DNA from: Anaeramoeba ignava BMAN
Lineage: Eukaryota; Protista; Anaeramoebae
Direction of reading: 5' to 3'
Assembly (NCBI GenBank): GCA_028826165.1
Contig: JAPDFW010000058.1
Coordinates: 434,001-498,000, forward strand
Length of the DNA: 64,000 bases
Shown: piece by piece, positions 39,100 through 50,627 of the stretch
Layout of the letters: every line of letters starts with the position of its first letter
Numbering within the stretch: the stretch's first letter is position 1
The notes under the pieces: model-generated
Database searches by the model: none
Told to the model about the DNA's origin: nothing
The model's input: the letters and a program-made list of their open reading frames with translations, nothing else
Made by a program: the position numbers and the translations under genes

Positions 39100-40360
39100 A
39101 AGAATTGATTTGAATTGAATTAATTTGAATTGAAATTTGAATTGAAATGAAAAATTGAAAATTGAATTGAATTTGAATTTTTGAAAAATTTTTGAATTTT
39201 ATTTTGAATATTGAATTAAATTAAATAAAATTGAATATTGAAATTGAATTTGAATTGAATTGAATTGAATTAAATTGAAATTAAATTGATTGGAAATTGA
39301 ATTGAATTAAAATTGAATTGAATTAAATATTAAATTGAAATTGAATTGAAATTAAATATTAAATTGAATATTGAAATTGAATTAAATTGAATTGAATAAT
39401 TAGAATTGGAATTGAATTGAATTGAATTGAAATTGAATTTGAATATTGAATTGAATTGATTATTGAAATTGAATATTGAATTGAATTGAATTTGAATTTG
39501 AAATATTGAATTGGAATTGAAATTGAAATCGAATTGAAATTGAAATGGAATGGAATTGAATTGAAATTGGAATTGAATTTGAATAAATTGAAATTGAATT
39601 GAATTGGAATGGAATTGAATTGAATTGAATTTGGAATTGAAGGGAATTTGAAATTGAATTGGAAATTGAATTGAAAATTGAAATTGAATTGAATTGAATG
39701 AATTGGAATTGGAATTGAATTGGAATTTGATTTGGAATTGAATTGAAATTGAATTGAATTGGAATTGAAATTGAATTGGAATTGAACGAATTTGAATTTG
39801 GAATTGAATTGAATAAAATTGAATTAATTTGAATGGAAATGGAAAAAATTGGAATTGGAATTGGAATTGAATTGGAATTGAATTGAATTGAATTTGAATT
39901 GAATTGAATTGAATTGAATCGAAATTGAATTGAATTTTGAATTGAATTGAATTGAAATTGGAATTGAATTGAAATTTGGAAATTGAAATTGGAATGGAAT
40001 TGAATCGGAATTGAATTGAAATTGAATGGAATTGAAATTGAATTGAAATTGAATTGAATTAAATTGAATTAAATTAAATTGAATTGAATTGAATTGAATT
40101 GATTTGAATTGAATTTGAATTGAATTGGAATTGAATTGAATATTGAATTGAATTGAATATTAAATTGATTATTGAATTAAATTAAATTAAATTGAATTGA
40201 ATTGAATTGAATTGAATTGAATTGAATTGAATTGAATTGAATTGAATTGAATTGGAATTGAATTGAATATTGAATTGAATTGAAATTGAATTAAATTGAA
40301 TTGAATTGAAATTAAATTGAATTGAATTAAATTGAATTGAATTGAAGATAATTGATTTGA
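39100..40360. repeat. (GAATT)n pentamer satellite with GGAATT/GAAATT variants
   Basis: Visible ~1.25 kb array; a shorter copy lies at 43630-43815. Confidence 0.95.
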
Positions 40361-40364
40361 ATAT

Positions 40365-43300
40365 TTAATTAATAAGTGGCATTCTTGGTGGATTTGGTGG
40401 AATATTCCTTTTTGAAAAGTATTGAACGACTTGTTTTGGAATCTAAAATAAAATTAAAATTAAATATAAAAATCAAAATTAAATATAAAATCAAATTAAA
40501 TAAAACAAACCTCAGCAAGTGTTGCTTTAGCAAGTTTATCCATTCCTTTTGTTTTGAAATCTCTAAAAGGAACAAATTGAACAATATCTCTTTTAGCTTT
40601 TATTTTCTCACTTCTTACTAATTTTGGATCTTTTCCATCATATTTGAGTTTTCCATCATCTGCATCAAGAATTTCCAAATCTCTGAAATTATTATCACCA
40701 ATCCCAACAAATACAATTGAAAGTGGATAATCTGATGCTTTAATAATTGCTTGTTTTGTTGAACTTAAATCGGGAATTGATTCATTAACAAGAACTAAAA
40801 GGATGTGATATTTCTGTTTATCTTTTTTCTCTTCTCTAACAATTCTTGCTACTTTTTCTATAATTGGTGAAACTATTAATGAACTCCTATAAATTTATGA
40901 AAAAATCATCCCAAATAATCAATTCAATATTTGATTTAATTTTGATTTGATTTGATTTGATTTGATTTGATTTAATTTGATTTAATTTTGATTTGATTTG
41001 ATTTGATTTGATTTGATTTTATTTGATTTGATTTGATTTGATTTGATTTGATTTGATTTGATTTGATTTGATTTAATTTTGATTTGATTTGATTTGATTT
41101 AATTTGATTTGATTTGATTTGAATTTTACAATTGAAAATTAGGGATTTCGAAAACACTTTCAAATGCTTTCAGAACTCCTTTAACTCCATCACATTCAGG
41201 CTAAATAGTTTTTAAATAAGAAAACATTTCAAAAATTAATAAATAAATAGATAAATAAATATCTCGATTTAATTTAATTTACATGCTCAATATTATTGTT
41301 TAAAGGATGAGTAGTCCAAATTTTTTCACCAACTTCTGCACCAAATCCAAAAGCAGGAATTGAGCCATCAGTATCATATTGAGCAAGAATTGAACCAACA
41401 GTAAGAATAGCTGTTTTATAATCATTATGAATTTCTTCAGAAAATCGAGGAATTGGTTCTATTATCTCCATTTCATATGAACGACCAAATCCAACTGCAA
41501 TAATTAAAGAAATTTCTAATCCTCCTGCAAGATAATCAATGAATGTTGGTTTTTTTCCAACTTCAAAATATTTAAATTCAAAAATTCCACTATTTTGATA
41601 TTTCTTTTTCTTTTCTGCTAATTTGGGATTAATTAAATCGAATTTTTTAGTTGGACTATCAAGAATCCCTTGTGCTGTTGTTTCAAATTCTCCAATAAAA
41701 TCTGGTTTTCCACTTTTATCCTTTTGTTTTTGGTTTGATTTAATATTTAATTTAATTTAATTTGATTTAATTTAATTTAATGATTTAATTTAATTTAATT
41801 TAATTTGATTTAATTTAATTTAATGATTTAATTTAATTTAATTTTTGATTTAATTTGATTTAATTTGATTTAATTTGATTTAATTTGATTTAATTTAATT
41901 TAATTTAATTTAATTTGATTAAATTTGAAATTTGATTTGATTTGATTTGATTTTTGATTTGATTTGATTTAATTTGAATTTGATTTAATTTAATTTAATT
42001 TGATTTTTGATTTGATTTATTTTTTAATTTGATTTAATTTAATTTAATTTAATTTAATTTTTGATTTGGATTTGATTTAATTTGATTTAATTTTTATTTA
42101 ATTTAATTTAATTTAATTTTATTTGATTTTATGATTTAAATTTGATTTAAAATTTGATTTAATTTAATTTGATTTGATTTGATTTGATTTAATAAACTTC
42201 AAATTTAATTTAATTTGATTTAAATTTGATTTCCAAATTTGATATTTTGATTTGATTTGATTTGATTTAATTTAATTTTAATTTAATTTTTTAATTTAAT
42301 TTAATTTTTAATTGTTAAAATTTATTTACCCAATATAAACTTCAAATTTAAGTTTTCTATTCAAATCTCCTCCACATAATATATCTAATGATACTTTAAA
42401 CTTTTTCCATCTTAATTTATTTTTAATTTATTTTTTAATTTATAAAATTAATTAATTATTAAAATTATAATAAATATAATCAATATTTTTTAATTAGATT
42501 TGATTTTTTTACACTGGATCTAATGTGTTTTTAATGTATTCTGTTTGGTGAACTGGAATCCATTCCATTTCTTTTAATCTTGAAATTGTTAAAAATGGAT
42601 CACTTTTTCCAAATGTATCTTTTTTATCAACTTTGTGAGCACAACAATCAAAAATAGCTCTTAAATTTGTATTACTCATAGCTTCAGCAATAACACTACA
42701 CATTCCATTTTGTCTTGCTGGTAATTTTGCATATCTATTCAAATCAAATTTATTTTATTCCAATTTTATTTTATTTTATTTTAATTTATTCCAATTTAAA
42801 TTTATTTTATTTAAATTTATTTCCAAAAAATATATATTACTCTAATCTTCTGTGTAAAGTTTGTCCAGGTGATGCCATTAATTCTCCTAAATTGAAATCA
42901 ATTGATCCAATTACATCATGTTTTTCAAGTTTTTCACTTTCATTATCAATATCATAAATTGTAACTCGATAAATTTGAATAACTTCAAACAGATAAATTA
43001 ACTCAAAAGTTGTTGTAAATTTTGGACTTAAATTATCTATTTATTTATTTATTTATTTATTTTAAAAAACAAAAGGGAATAAGAATTATAAGGATTATTT
43101 TTTGAATTATTTTTTTTTTGGATTATTTTTTTTTTGGAAAATACTTTTAATAACTTCAGTTCTTCCAATTTCTGTTAATTCATGTGTATTTGCATCTTTT
43201 GCAAATAAAACTCCCATTGGATCTGAATCACTTTTTTTTTTTAATTTTAAATTTTTAATTGATTAAATTGATTAAATTTTTGGATTTAAAAATAAAAATA

Positions 43301-43398
43301 AAAATAAAAACAAACCTTAATTTATCTTTTTTAAGTAAGTTTTGACATTTGATTGTCAACATAATTTTAAATCCAGACATTGGTACTTGTGCTTGCAT
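40365..43398 (-). CDS. Copine paralog A (C2-C2-vWA) with degenerate MIDAS; 1-nt deletion near 42335
   Basis: DKLSDSDP, IGRTEVI..NLSPKF, KDTFGKSDPFL, PLSIVFVGIG, RDIVQFVPFR; nine GT-AG-bounded exons. Confidence 0.88.
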
Positions 43399-43821
43399 TT
43401 TAATTTCCTTTTTAAAAATTTTTGCTTTTTTCTTTCTTTTAAATAAAAAGAAATGAAAAAAATGAAAAAAATTGGAAAATGATCCAAACATTTTGTTATT
43501 ATTTGAAATTGGAAAATTATTTTTTTTGATTTGGATTTTAAATTTGGATTTTAATTGAAAAAACAAAAAGATTTAAAAGAAAAGGAAAACCGATTTATTC
43601 TTAGAATAAAAGTGATTTGAATTAAAAAAGAAATTGAATTGAATTGAATTGAATTGAATTGAATTAAATTGAATTGAATTGAATTGAAATTGAATTGAAT
43701 TGAATTGAATTGAATTGAATTGAATTGAATTGAAATTGAAATTGAATTGAAATTGAAATTGAATTGAATTGAAGATAATTGATTTGAATTAAATTGAATT
43801 GAATTGAATTGATTTGAATAT

Positions 43822-46800
43822 TTAATTAATAAGTGGATTTCTTGGTGAATTTGGTGGAATTTTTTGTTTTGAAAAGTATTGAACGACTTGTTTTGGAATC
43901 TAAAATAAAATTAAAATTAAAATTTAAAAATCAAAATTAAATATAAAATCAAATTAAATAAAACAAACCTCAGCAAGTGTTGCTTTAGCAAGTTTATCCA
44001 TTCCTTTTGTTTTGAAATCTCTAAAAGGAACAAATTGAACAATATCTCTTTGAGCTTTCTTTCCATCAATTTTCAAAGTTGAATCATCTCCATCAAGAAT
44101 ATCCATTTTTCCAAAATCTGCTGGACCAATTCCAACAATTACAATTGAAATTGGAAGTTTTGATGCTTCAATTAGTGCTCTTGTTGTGTATTCCATATCT
44201 GTAATTGCTCCATCAGTAAGAATCAAAAGAATGTAATATTTCTGTTGATCTTTTTTGACTTCTTTAGCAATCTCACATGTTTTGTTGATAATAGGCGCAA
44301 AATTAGTTGGTGCCCAACTATTAAATAATAAATATTAAATAATAAATATTAAATATTAAATTGAATTAAATATTAAATATTAAAAATAAATATTAAATAT
44401 TAAATTGAAATAAATATTAAATATTAAATAGAAAATATTAAATATTAAATTGAAATAAATATTAAATATTAAATTGAAATAAATATTAAATATTAAATAT
44501 TAAATATAAAATATAAAATAATAAATAATAAATATAAAATATAAAATATTAAATATTAAATATAAAATATTAAATATTAAATATTAAATATTAAAATGAA
44601 TTTCTCATTTGAATTTTACAGTGAGAATTTCGGAGTGTCGAAAATATCATTATAAGCTTTAAGAATACCTTGAATTCCAACACAATCAGGCTAAATAGTT
44701 TTTAAATAAGAAAATATTTGAAAAATGAATTAAATAAAAAGAATGAATCAATAATCATTATTTAGTTTACATTTTTAGCATTTTGATTAAGAGGGAAACA
44801 ATGAGTAATCTGTTCATTAATTCTTGCACCAAATCCAAAAGCAGGAAACAAACCATCAGAATCATATTGAGCAAGAATTGAACCAACAGTAAAAATAGCT
44901 GCTTGATAATCATTATATCGATTTGCTTGTCGATAATGAAGAGAATTCTTTTTTGTGAAATCTCCATTTGAAGCAGTGAAATCAACAGCAACAATAAAAG
45001 AAATTTCTAATCCTCCTGAAAGATATTCAATGAAACTGTATTTTCGATGAAAGTTCAAAATGTTTAAATTCAAAAATTCCACTATTTTGATATTTCTTTT
45101 TCTTTTTAGCTAATTTGGGATTAATTAAAACTGAATTTTTTAGTTGGACTATCAAGAATCCCTTGTGCTGTTGTTTCAAATTCTCCAATAAAATCTGGTT
45201 TTCCACTTTTATCCTTTTGTTTTTGGTTTGATTTAATATTTAATTTGATTTAATTTAATTTAATTTGATTTGATTTAATTTGATTTAATTTAATTTAATT
45301 TAATTTAATTTGATTTGATTTAATTTGATTTAATTTAATTTGATTTAATTTGATTTAATTTAATTTAATTTAATTTGATTTGATTTGATTTAATTTGATT
45401 TAATTTAATTTAATTTTGATTTGATTTAATTTAATTTGATTTAATTTGATTTAATTTAATTGGATTTAATTTGATTTAATTTGATTTGATTTGATTTGGA
45501 TTTGATTTGATTTAATTTGATTTGATTTGATTTGATTTAATTTAATTTGATTTAATTTGATTTGATTTGATTTAATTTGATTTTGATTTGATTTAATTTA
45601 ATTTAATTTAATTTAATTTAATTTGATTTAATTTAATTTAATGATTTAATGATTTAATTTGATTTGATTTAATTTGATTTGATTTGATTTGGTTTAATTT
45701 AATTTAATTTGATTTTTTAATTTGATTTAATTTAATTTGATTTGATTTGGTTTAATTTAATTTAATTTAATTTAATTTAATTTAATTTAATTTGATTTGG
45801 TTTAATTTGATATGATTTAATTTGATTTAATTTAATTTTATTTGATATTTAATTTGATTTAATTTAATTGTTAAAAGAAGGATATTTACCCAATCATAAA
45901 CTTCAAATTTAAGTTTTCTATTCAAATCTCCTCCACATAATATATCTAATGATACTTTAAACTTTTTCCATCTTAATTTATTTTTAATTTATTTTTAATT
46001 TATAAATTTAATTTATTTTTAATTTATTTTTAATTTATAAAATTAATTAATTATCAAAATTATAATAAATATAATCAATATTTTTTAATTAGATTTGATT
46101 TTTTTACACTGGATCTAATGTGTTTTTAATGTATTCTGTTTGGTGAACTGGAATCCATTCCATTTCTTTTAATCTTGAAATTGTTAAAAATGGATCACTT
46201 TTTCCAAATGTATCTTTTTTATCAACTTTGTGAGCACAACAATCAAAAATAACTTTTGTGTTTGTATTACTCATAGCTTCAGCAATAACACTACACATTC
46301 CATTTTGTCTTGCTGGTAATTTTGCATATCTATTCAAATCAAATTTATTTATTTTAATTTTATTTTAATTTTATTTCAATTTATTTCCATTTAAATTTAT
46401 TTTATTTCAATTTATTTCCAAAAAATATATATTACTCTAATCTTCTGTGTAAAGTTTGTCCAGGTGATGCCATTAATTCTCCTAAATTGAAATCAATTGA
46501 TCCAATTACATCATGTTTTTCAAGTTTTTCACTTTCATTATCAATATCATAAATTGTAACTCGATAAATTTGAATAACTTCAAACAGATAAATTAACTCA
46601 AAAGTTGTTGTAAATTTTGGACTCAAATTATCTATTTATTTATTTATTTATTTATTTTAAAAAACAAAAGGGAATAAGAATTATAAGAATTATAAGAATT
46701 ATTTTTTTTTTGGATTATTTTTTTTTTTGGAAAATACTTTTAATAACTTCAGTTCTTCCAATTTCTGTTAATTCATGTGTATTTGCATCTTTTGCAAATA

Positions 46801-46991
46801 AAACTCCCATTGGATCTGAATCACTTTTTTTTTTTAATTTTAAATTTTTAATTGATTAAATTGATTAAATTTTTGGATTTAAAAACAAAAACAAAAATAA
46901 AAACAAACCTTAATTTATCTTTTTTAAGTAAGTTCTGACATTTGATTGTCAACATAATTTTAAATCCAGACATTGGTACTTGTGCTTGCAT
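43822..46991 (-). CDS. Copine paralog B (C2-C2-vWA), canonical; 1-nt homopolymer insertion near 45128
   Basis: VAVDFTASNG, SLHY, QYDSDGLFPAFGFGA, PTNFAPII, LLILTDGAITDM, LPISIVIVGIG, RDIVQFVPFR; same exon structure as paralog A. Confidence 0.92.
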
Positions 46992-47312
46992 TTTAATTTC
47001 CTTTTTAAAAAATTTTTGCTTTTTTCTTTTAAATAAAAAGAAATTAAAAAAAATGAAAAAAAAAATTTGAAAAAAAAAAAAATTTTTTTATCAACAAAAA
47101 AGAAGAAAAAAAAAAGAAGAAAAAAGATTAAAAAGAGGAATAAAAATGGATTTGTGAATTTTATTTCAAAAGAAGCAAAGTCAATTGTTTTTGTTTTTGT
47201 TTTTGTTTTTGTTTTTGTTTTTGTTTTTGTTTTTGTTTTTATTTTCATTTTTCATTTTTCATTTTTCATTTTTCATTTTTCATTTTTCAATTTGTTTTTA
47301 TTTCAAAAAAAA

Positions 47313-50300
47313 ATGCAAGAATATTATCAACAAATGGTTGATTTAATAATCCGGCCACCAAGAGCGAAATATGAAGAATCTGAATTACCACCAAAACGAT
47401 TTAAATTTAATGGAATATATGTTCAACGCGAAATTTACGAAATAAAAAACGAACGAGGATTGAAGTTGAAAACAAGTTTATATCGACCAATTCGTTTAAA
47501 CAAGAAGCAAAAACCTATTCCATGTGTGATTTATTGCCACGGAAACGCTGCAAATCAATGCAGTGCAATTGAATATGCAGCTTATCTTCTTCCTCAAAAT
47601 ATTGCAGTTCTTGGTTTTGATTTTGCTGGTTGTGGTAATTCTGATGGTGATTATATTTCTCTTGGTTTTCATGAGGCTTTTGATATAAAAGCTATAGTTC
47701 AATTCTTGAGAAGAAAATCTTTGAATATCTCTTCTATTGGTATTTGGGGTAGAAGTATGGGTGCTGTTTCTACTGTTCTTTATTGTGCTACTGATCCTAC
47801 TATTTCTGCGTATTTTATCACTTGATATTTCAAATTTCAAAATTCAATTCAAATTATAAATTAAAAAATAAATTCAAAATAAAATTATAAAATAAATTCA
47901 AATTAAATTATAAATTAAATTATAAATAAATTATAAATTAAAATTATAAAATAAAATTATAAAATAAAATTCAAAAAATTAAATTCAAAATTAAAATTAA
48001 AATTATAAATTAAATTATAAATAAATTCAAAAATTAAATTATAAATTAAATTAAATTATAAATAAAATAAATAAAATTAAAAATAAATTATAAAATAAAT
48101 TATAAATTATAAATTAAATTATAAATTAAATTATAAATAAATTATAAAATAAATTATAAATAAAATTATAAATTAAATTATAAAATAAATTATAAAAATT
48201 ATAAAATTTAAATTATAAATTAAATTATAAAATAAATTATAAATAAAATTATAAAAATAAATTATAAAATAAATTATAAAATAAATTATAAAATAAATTA
48301 TAAAATAAATTATAAAATTAAATTATAAATAAATTATAAAATTATAAAATAAATTATAAATAAAAATTATAAAATAAATTATAAATAAAATTATAAATAA
48401 AATTATAAATAAATTATAAAATAAATTATAAATAAAATTATAAATTAAATAAATTATAAATAAAATTAATTTATAAAATAAATTCAAAATTAAATTATAA
48501 ATAAAAATAAATAAATTCAAAAATTAAATTATAAATAAAATAATAAATTAAATTATAAAATAAATTATAAATAAAATTAAATTAAATTATAAATAAATTT
48601 AAAAAAAATTATAAATTAAATTCAAAATAAATTATAAATTAAAATAAATTATAAATAAAATTATAAAATAAAATTATAAATAAATTATAAATAAAAAATT
48701 AATAAATTAAAAAAATTATAAAATAAATTATAAATTAAAATATAAATTAAAATAAATTATAAATTAAAATAAATTATAAATAAATTATAAAATAAATTAT
48801 AAAATAAATTATATATTAAATTATAAAATAAATTATAAAATAAATTATATATTAAATTATAAATAAATTATAAATTAAATTATAAATAAATTATAAATAA
48901 ATTATAAATTAAATTATAAATTAAATTATAAAATAAATTATAAAATAAATTATAAATTAAATTATAAAATAAATTTATAAAATAATTAGTGTTATTCTTG
49001 ATAGTCCATTTTCAGATCTTAATCAACTTATTAATGAACTTGTTGAACTTAGTCCAGTTAAGATTCCAAAATTACTTTTTAAAACAGCATTAGGATTAGT
49101 TAAAGGAACAATTAAAAAACAAGCAAATTTTGAAATAGGGTGAATTTTGTTTTTAATTTTAATTTAAAATCAAATCAAAAATTAAATTCAAAATTCAAAA
49201 TTAAATCCAATTAATGATATTCAAGAAAAGTATCACCAATAAAACAAATCAAGAAATGTAAATCACCAATTCTATTTGCACATGGAACAGAAGATGATTT
49301 TATTAAACCATCACATACTCAAAAACTTCTTGAGGCATATCCAGGAGAAAAAATCTTTATAGAACTTCCAGGAGCAGATCACAATTCTCAACGACCAGAG
49401 ATCTTTTATGAATCATCTGTAGATTTTCTTAAAGGTCATCTTTTCCCAGAAAAAGAAAAAGAAAAAGAAAAAGAAAAAAAGAAAAAGAAAAAGAAAAAGA
49501 ATTAAATGAAAAAAATCCAATCAAAAAAACAAAAGATTTTGATTTCAATGATTTGGATGATGGTGATGATAATGATGAACAAGAAAAAGACCATTTAATT
49601 GATACAAATCAGAAAAATCAAAATGAAAAACCAGAAAAAAAAGAAAAAACAAGCAAATGGTCTTGGAAAAAAAATTCCAAAAAGAAAAGGGAACAACAAA
49701 AAAGAGAAGAAGAAGAGCAAAAAAAAGAAGATGAAAAAATAGAAAAAGATCTTGAAGGACCATTTGAAGAAAAAGATTTTCACTATTATAATTTGGATGC
49801 AGGTAACAACTATTTCGATATGGGACAAGGCTTGAATAAATTTACAAGTTTTGGAGCTGATATGAATTTTGAAGATATGAATTTTGGGGATGAATTTACT
49901 GGTTTTGGAGATGTGAATCTTGATGGAAACTTTAAATCAGAAGAGGAAATGATTCAAGAAGCAATTAGGCGTTCACTTGAAACGTGAATATTTAATTCAA
50001 TATTTATTTTTAATTTTAATATTTATTTCAATATTTTATTTCAATATTTATTTCAATATTTATTTTAATATTTAATTTAATATTTATTTTAATATTTAAT
50101 ATTTATTTTAATATTTATTTTTAATTTTAATATCTATTTCAATATTTATTTTAATATTTATTTTAATATTTATTTTAATATTTAATTTAATATTTATTTC
50201 AATATTTATTTTAATATTTAATATTTAATTTAATATTTATTTCAATATTTATTTCAATATTTATTTTAATAATTCTTTTTTATAGTGATCAAGATACCAA

Positions 50301-50379
50301 AAATGTAGAACAACAATTTAAAGATGAAGATGATGATGAATTACAAAGAGTTTTGGAATTATCAAAAACAATCAAATAA
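47313..50379 (+). CDS. Alpha/beta hydrolase with two C-terminal UIM-like motifs; exons 47313-47809, 48990-49139, 49226-49983, 50286-50379 (frameshift in the GAAAAA run near 49470)
   Basis: IIRPPRAKY, PCVIYCHGNA, FDFAGCGNSDGDYISLG, GIWGRSMGA nucleophile elbow, LDSPFSDL, HGTEDDFI, GADHNSQR; SEEEMIQEAIRRSL and DDELQRVLELSK. Confidence 0.88.
47850..48985 (+). repeat. Intronic (AAATAAATTAT/AAATTAAATTAT)n array
   Basis: Visible; a related array lies at 53380-54420. Confidence 0.9.
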
Positions 50380-50627
50380 TCCAATTTTTTTTATTCATTT
50401 AATCTTTTTCTTTTCTTTTTGATTTTTTCTTTTTCTAAAATTTGATTCCCTTTTTTTGGATTGATTCTTTTTTTCCAATTGAATTTTAATTAAAATTCGT
50501 TTGAATGACGTTTTTATGACTCAGTTTCTTTTTTCTTTTTTTTTTTGATATAAAAATAATTTTTTCTTCATAATTTTTTTTAATCATTTTTTTTTTAAAT
50601 CATTTTTTTAAATAAAATAAAATAATA

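Noticed and set aside
39100-40360. Telomeric repeat
   Set aside because: The array is internal, heterogeneous, lacks G-runs and is tied to the copine 3' flanks.
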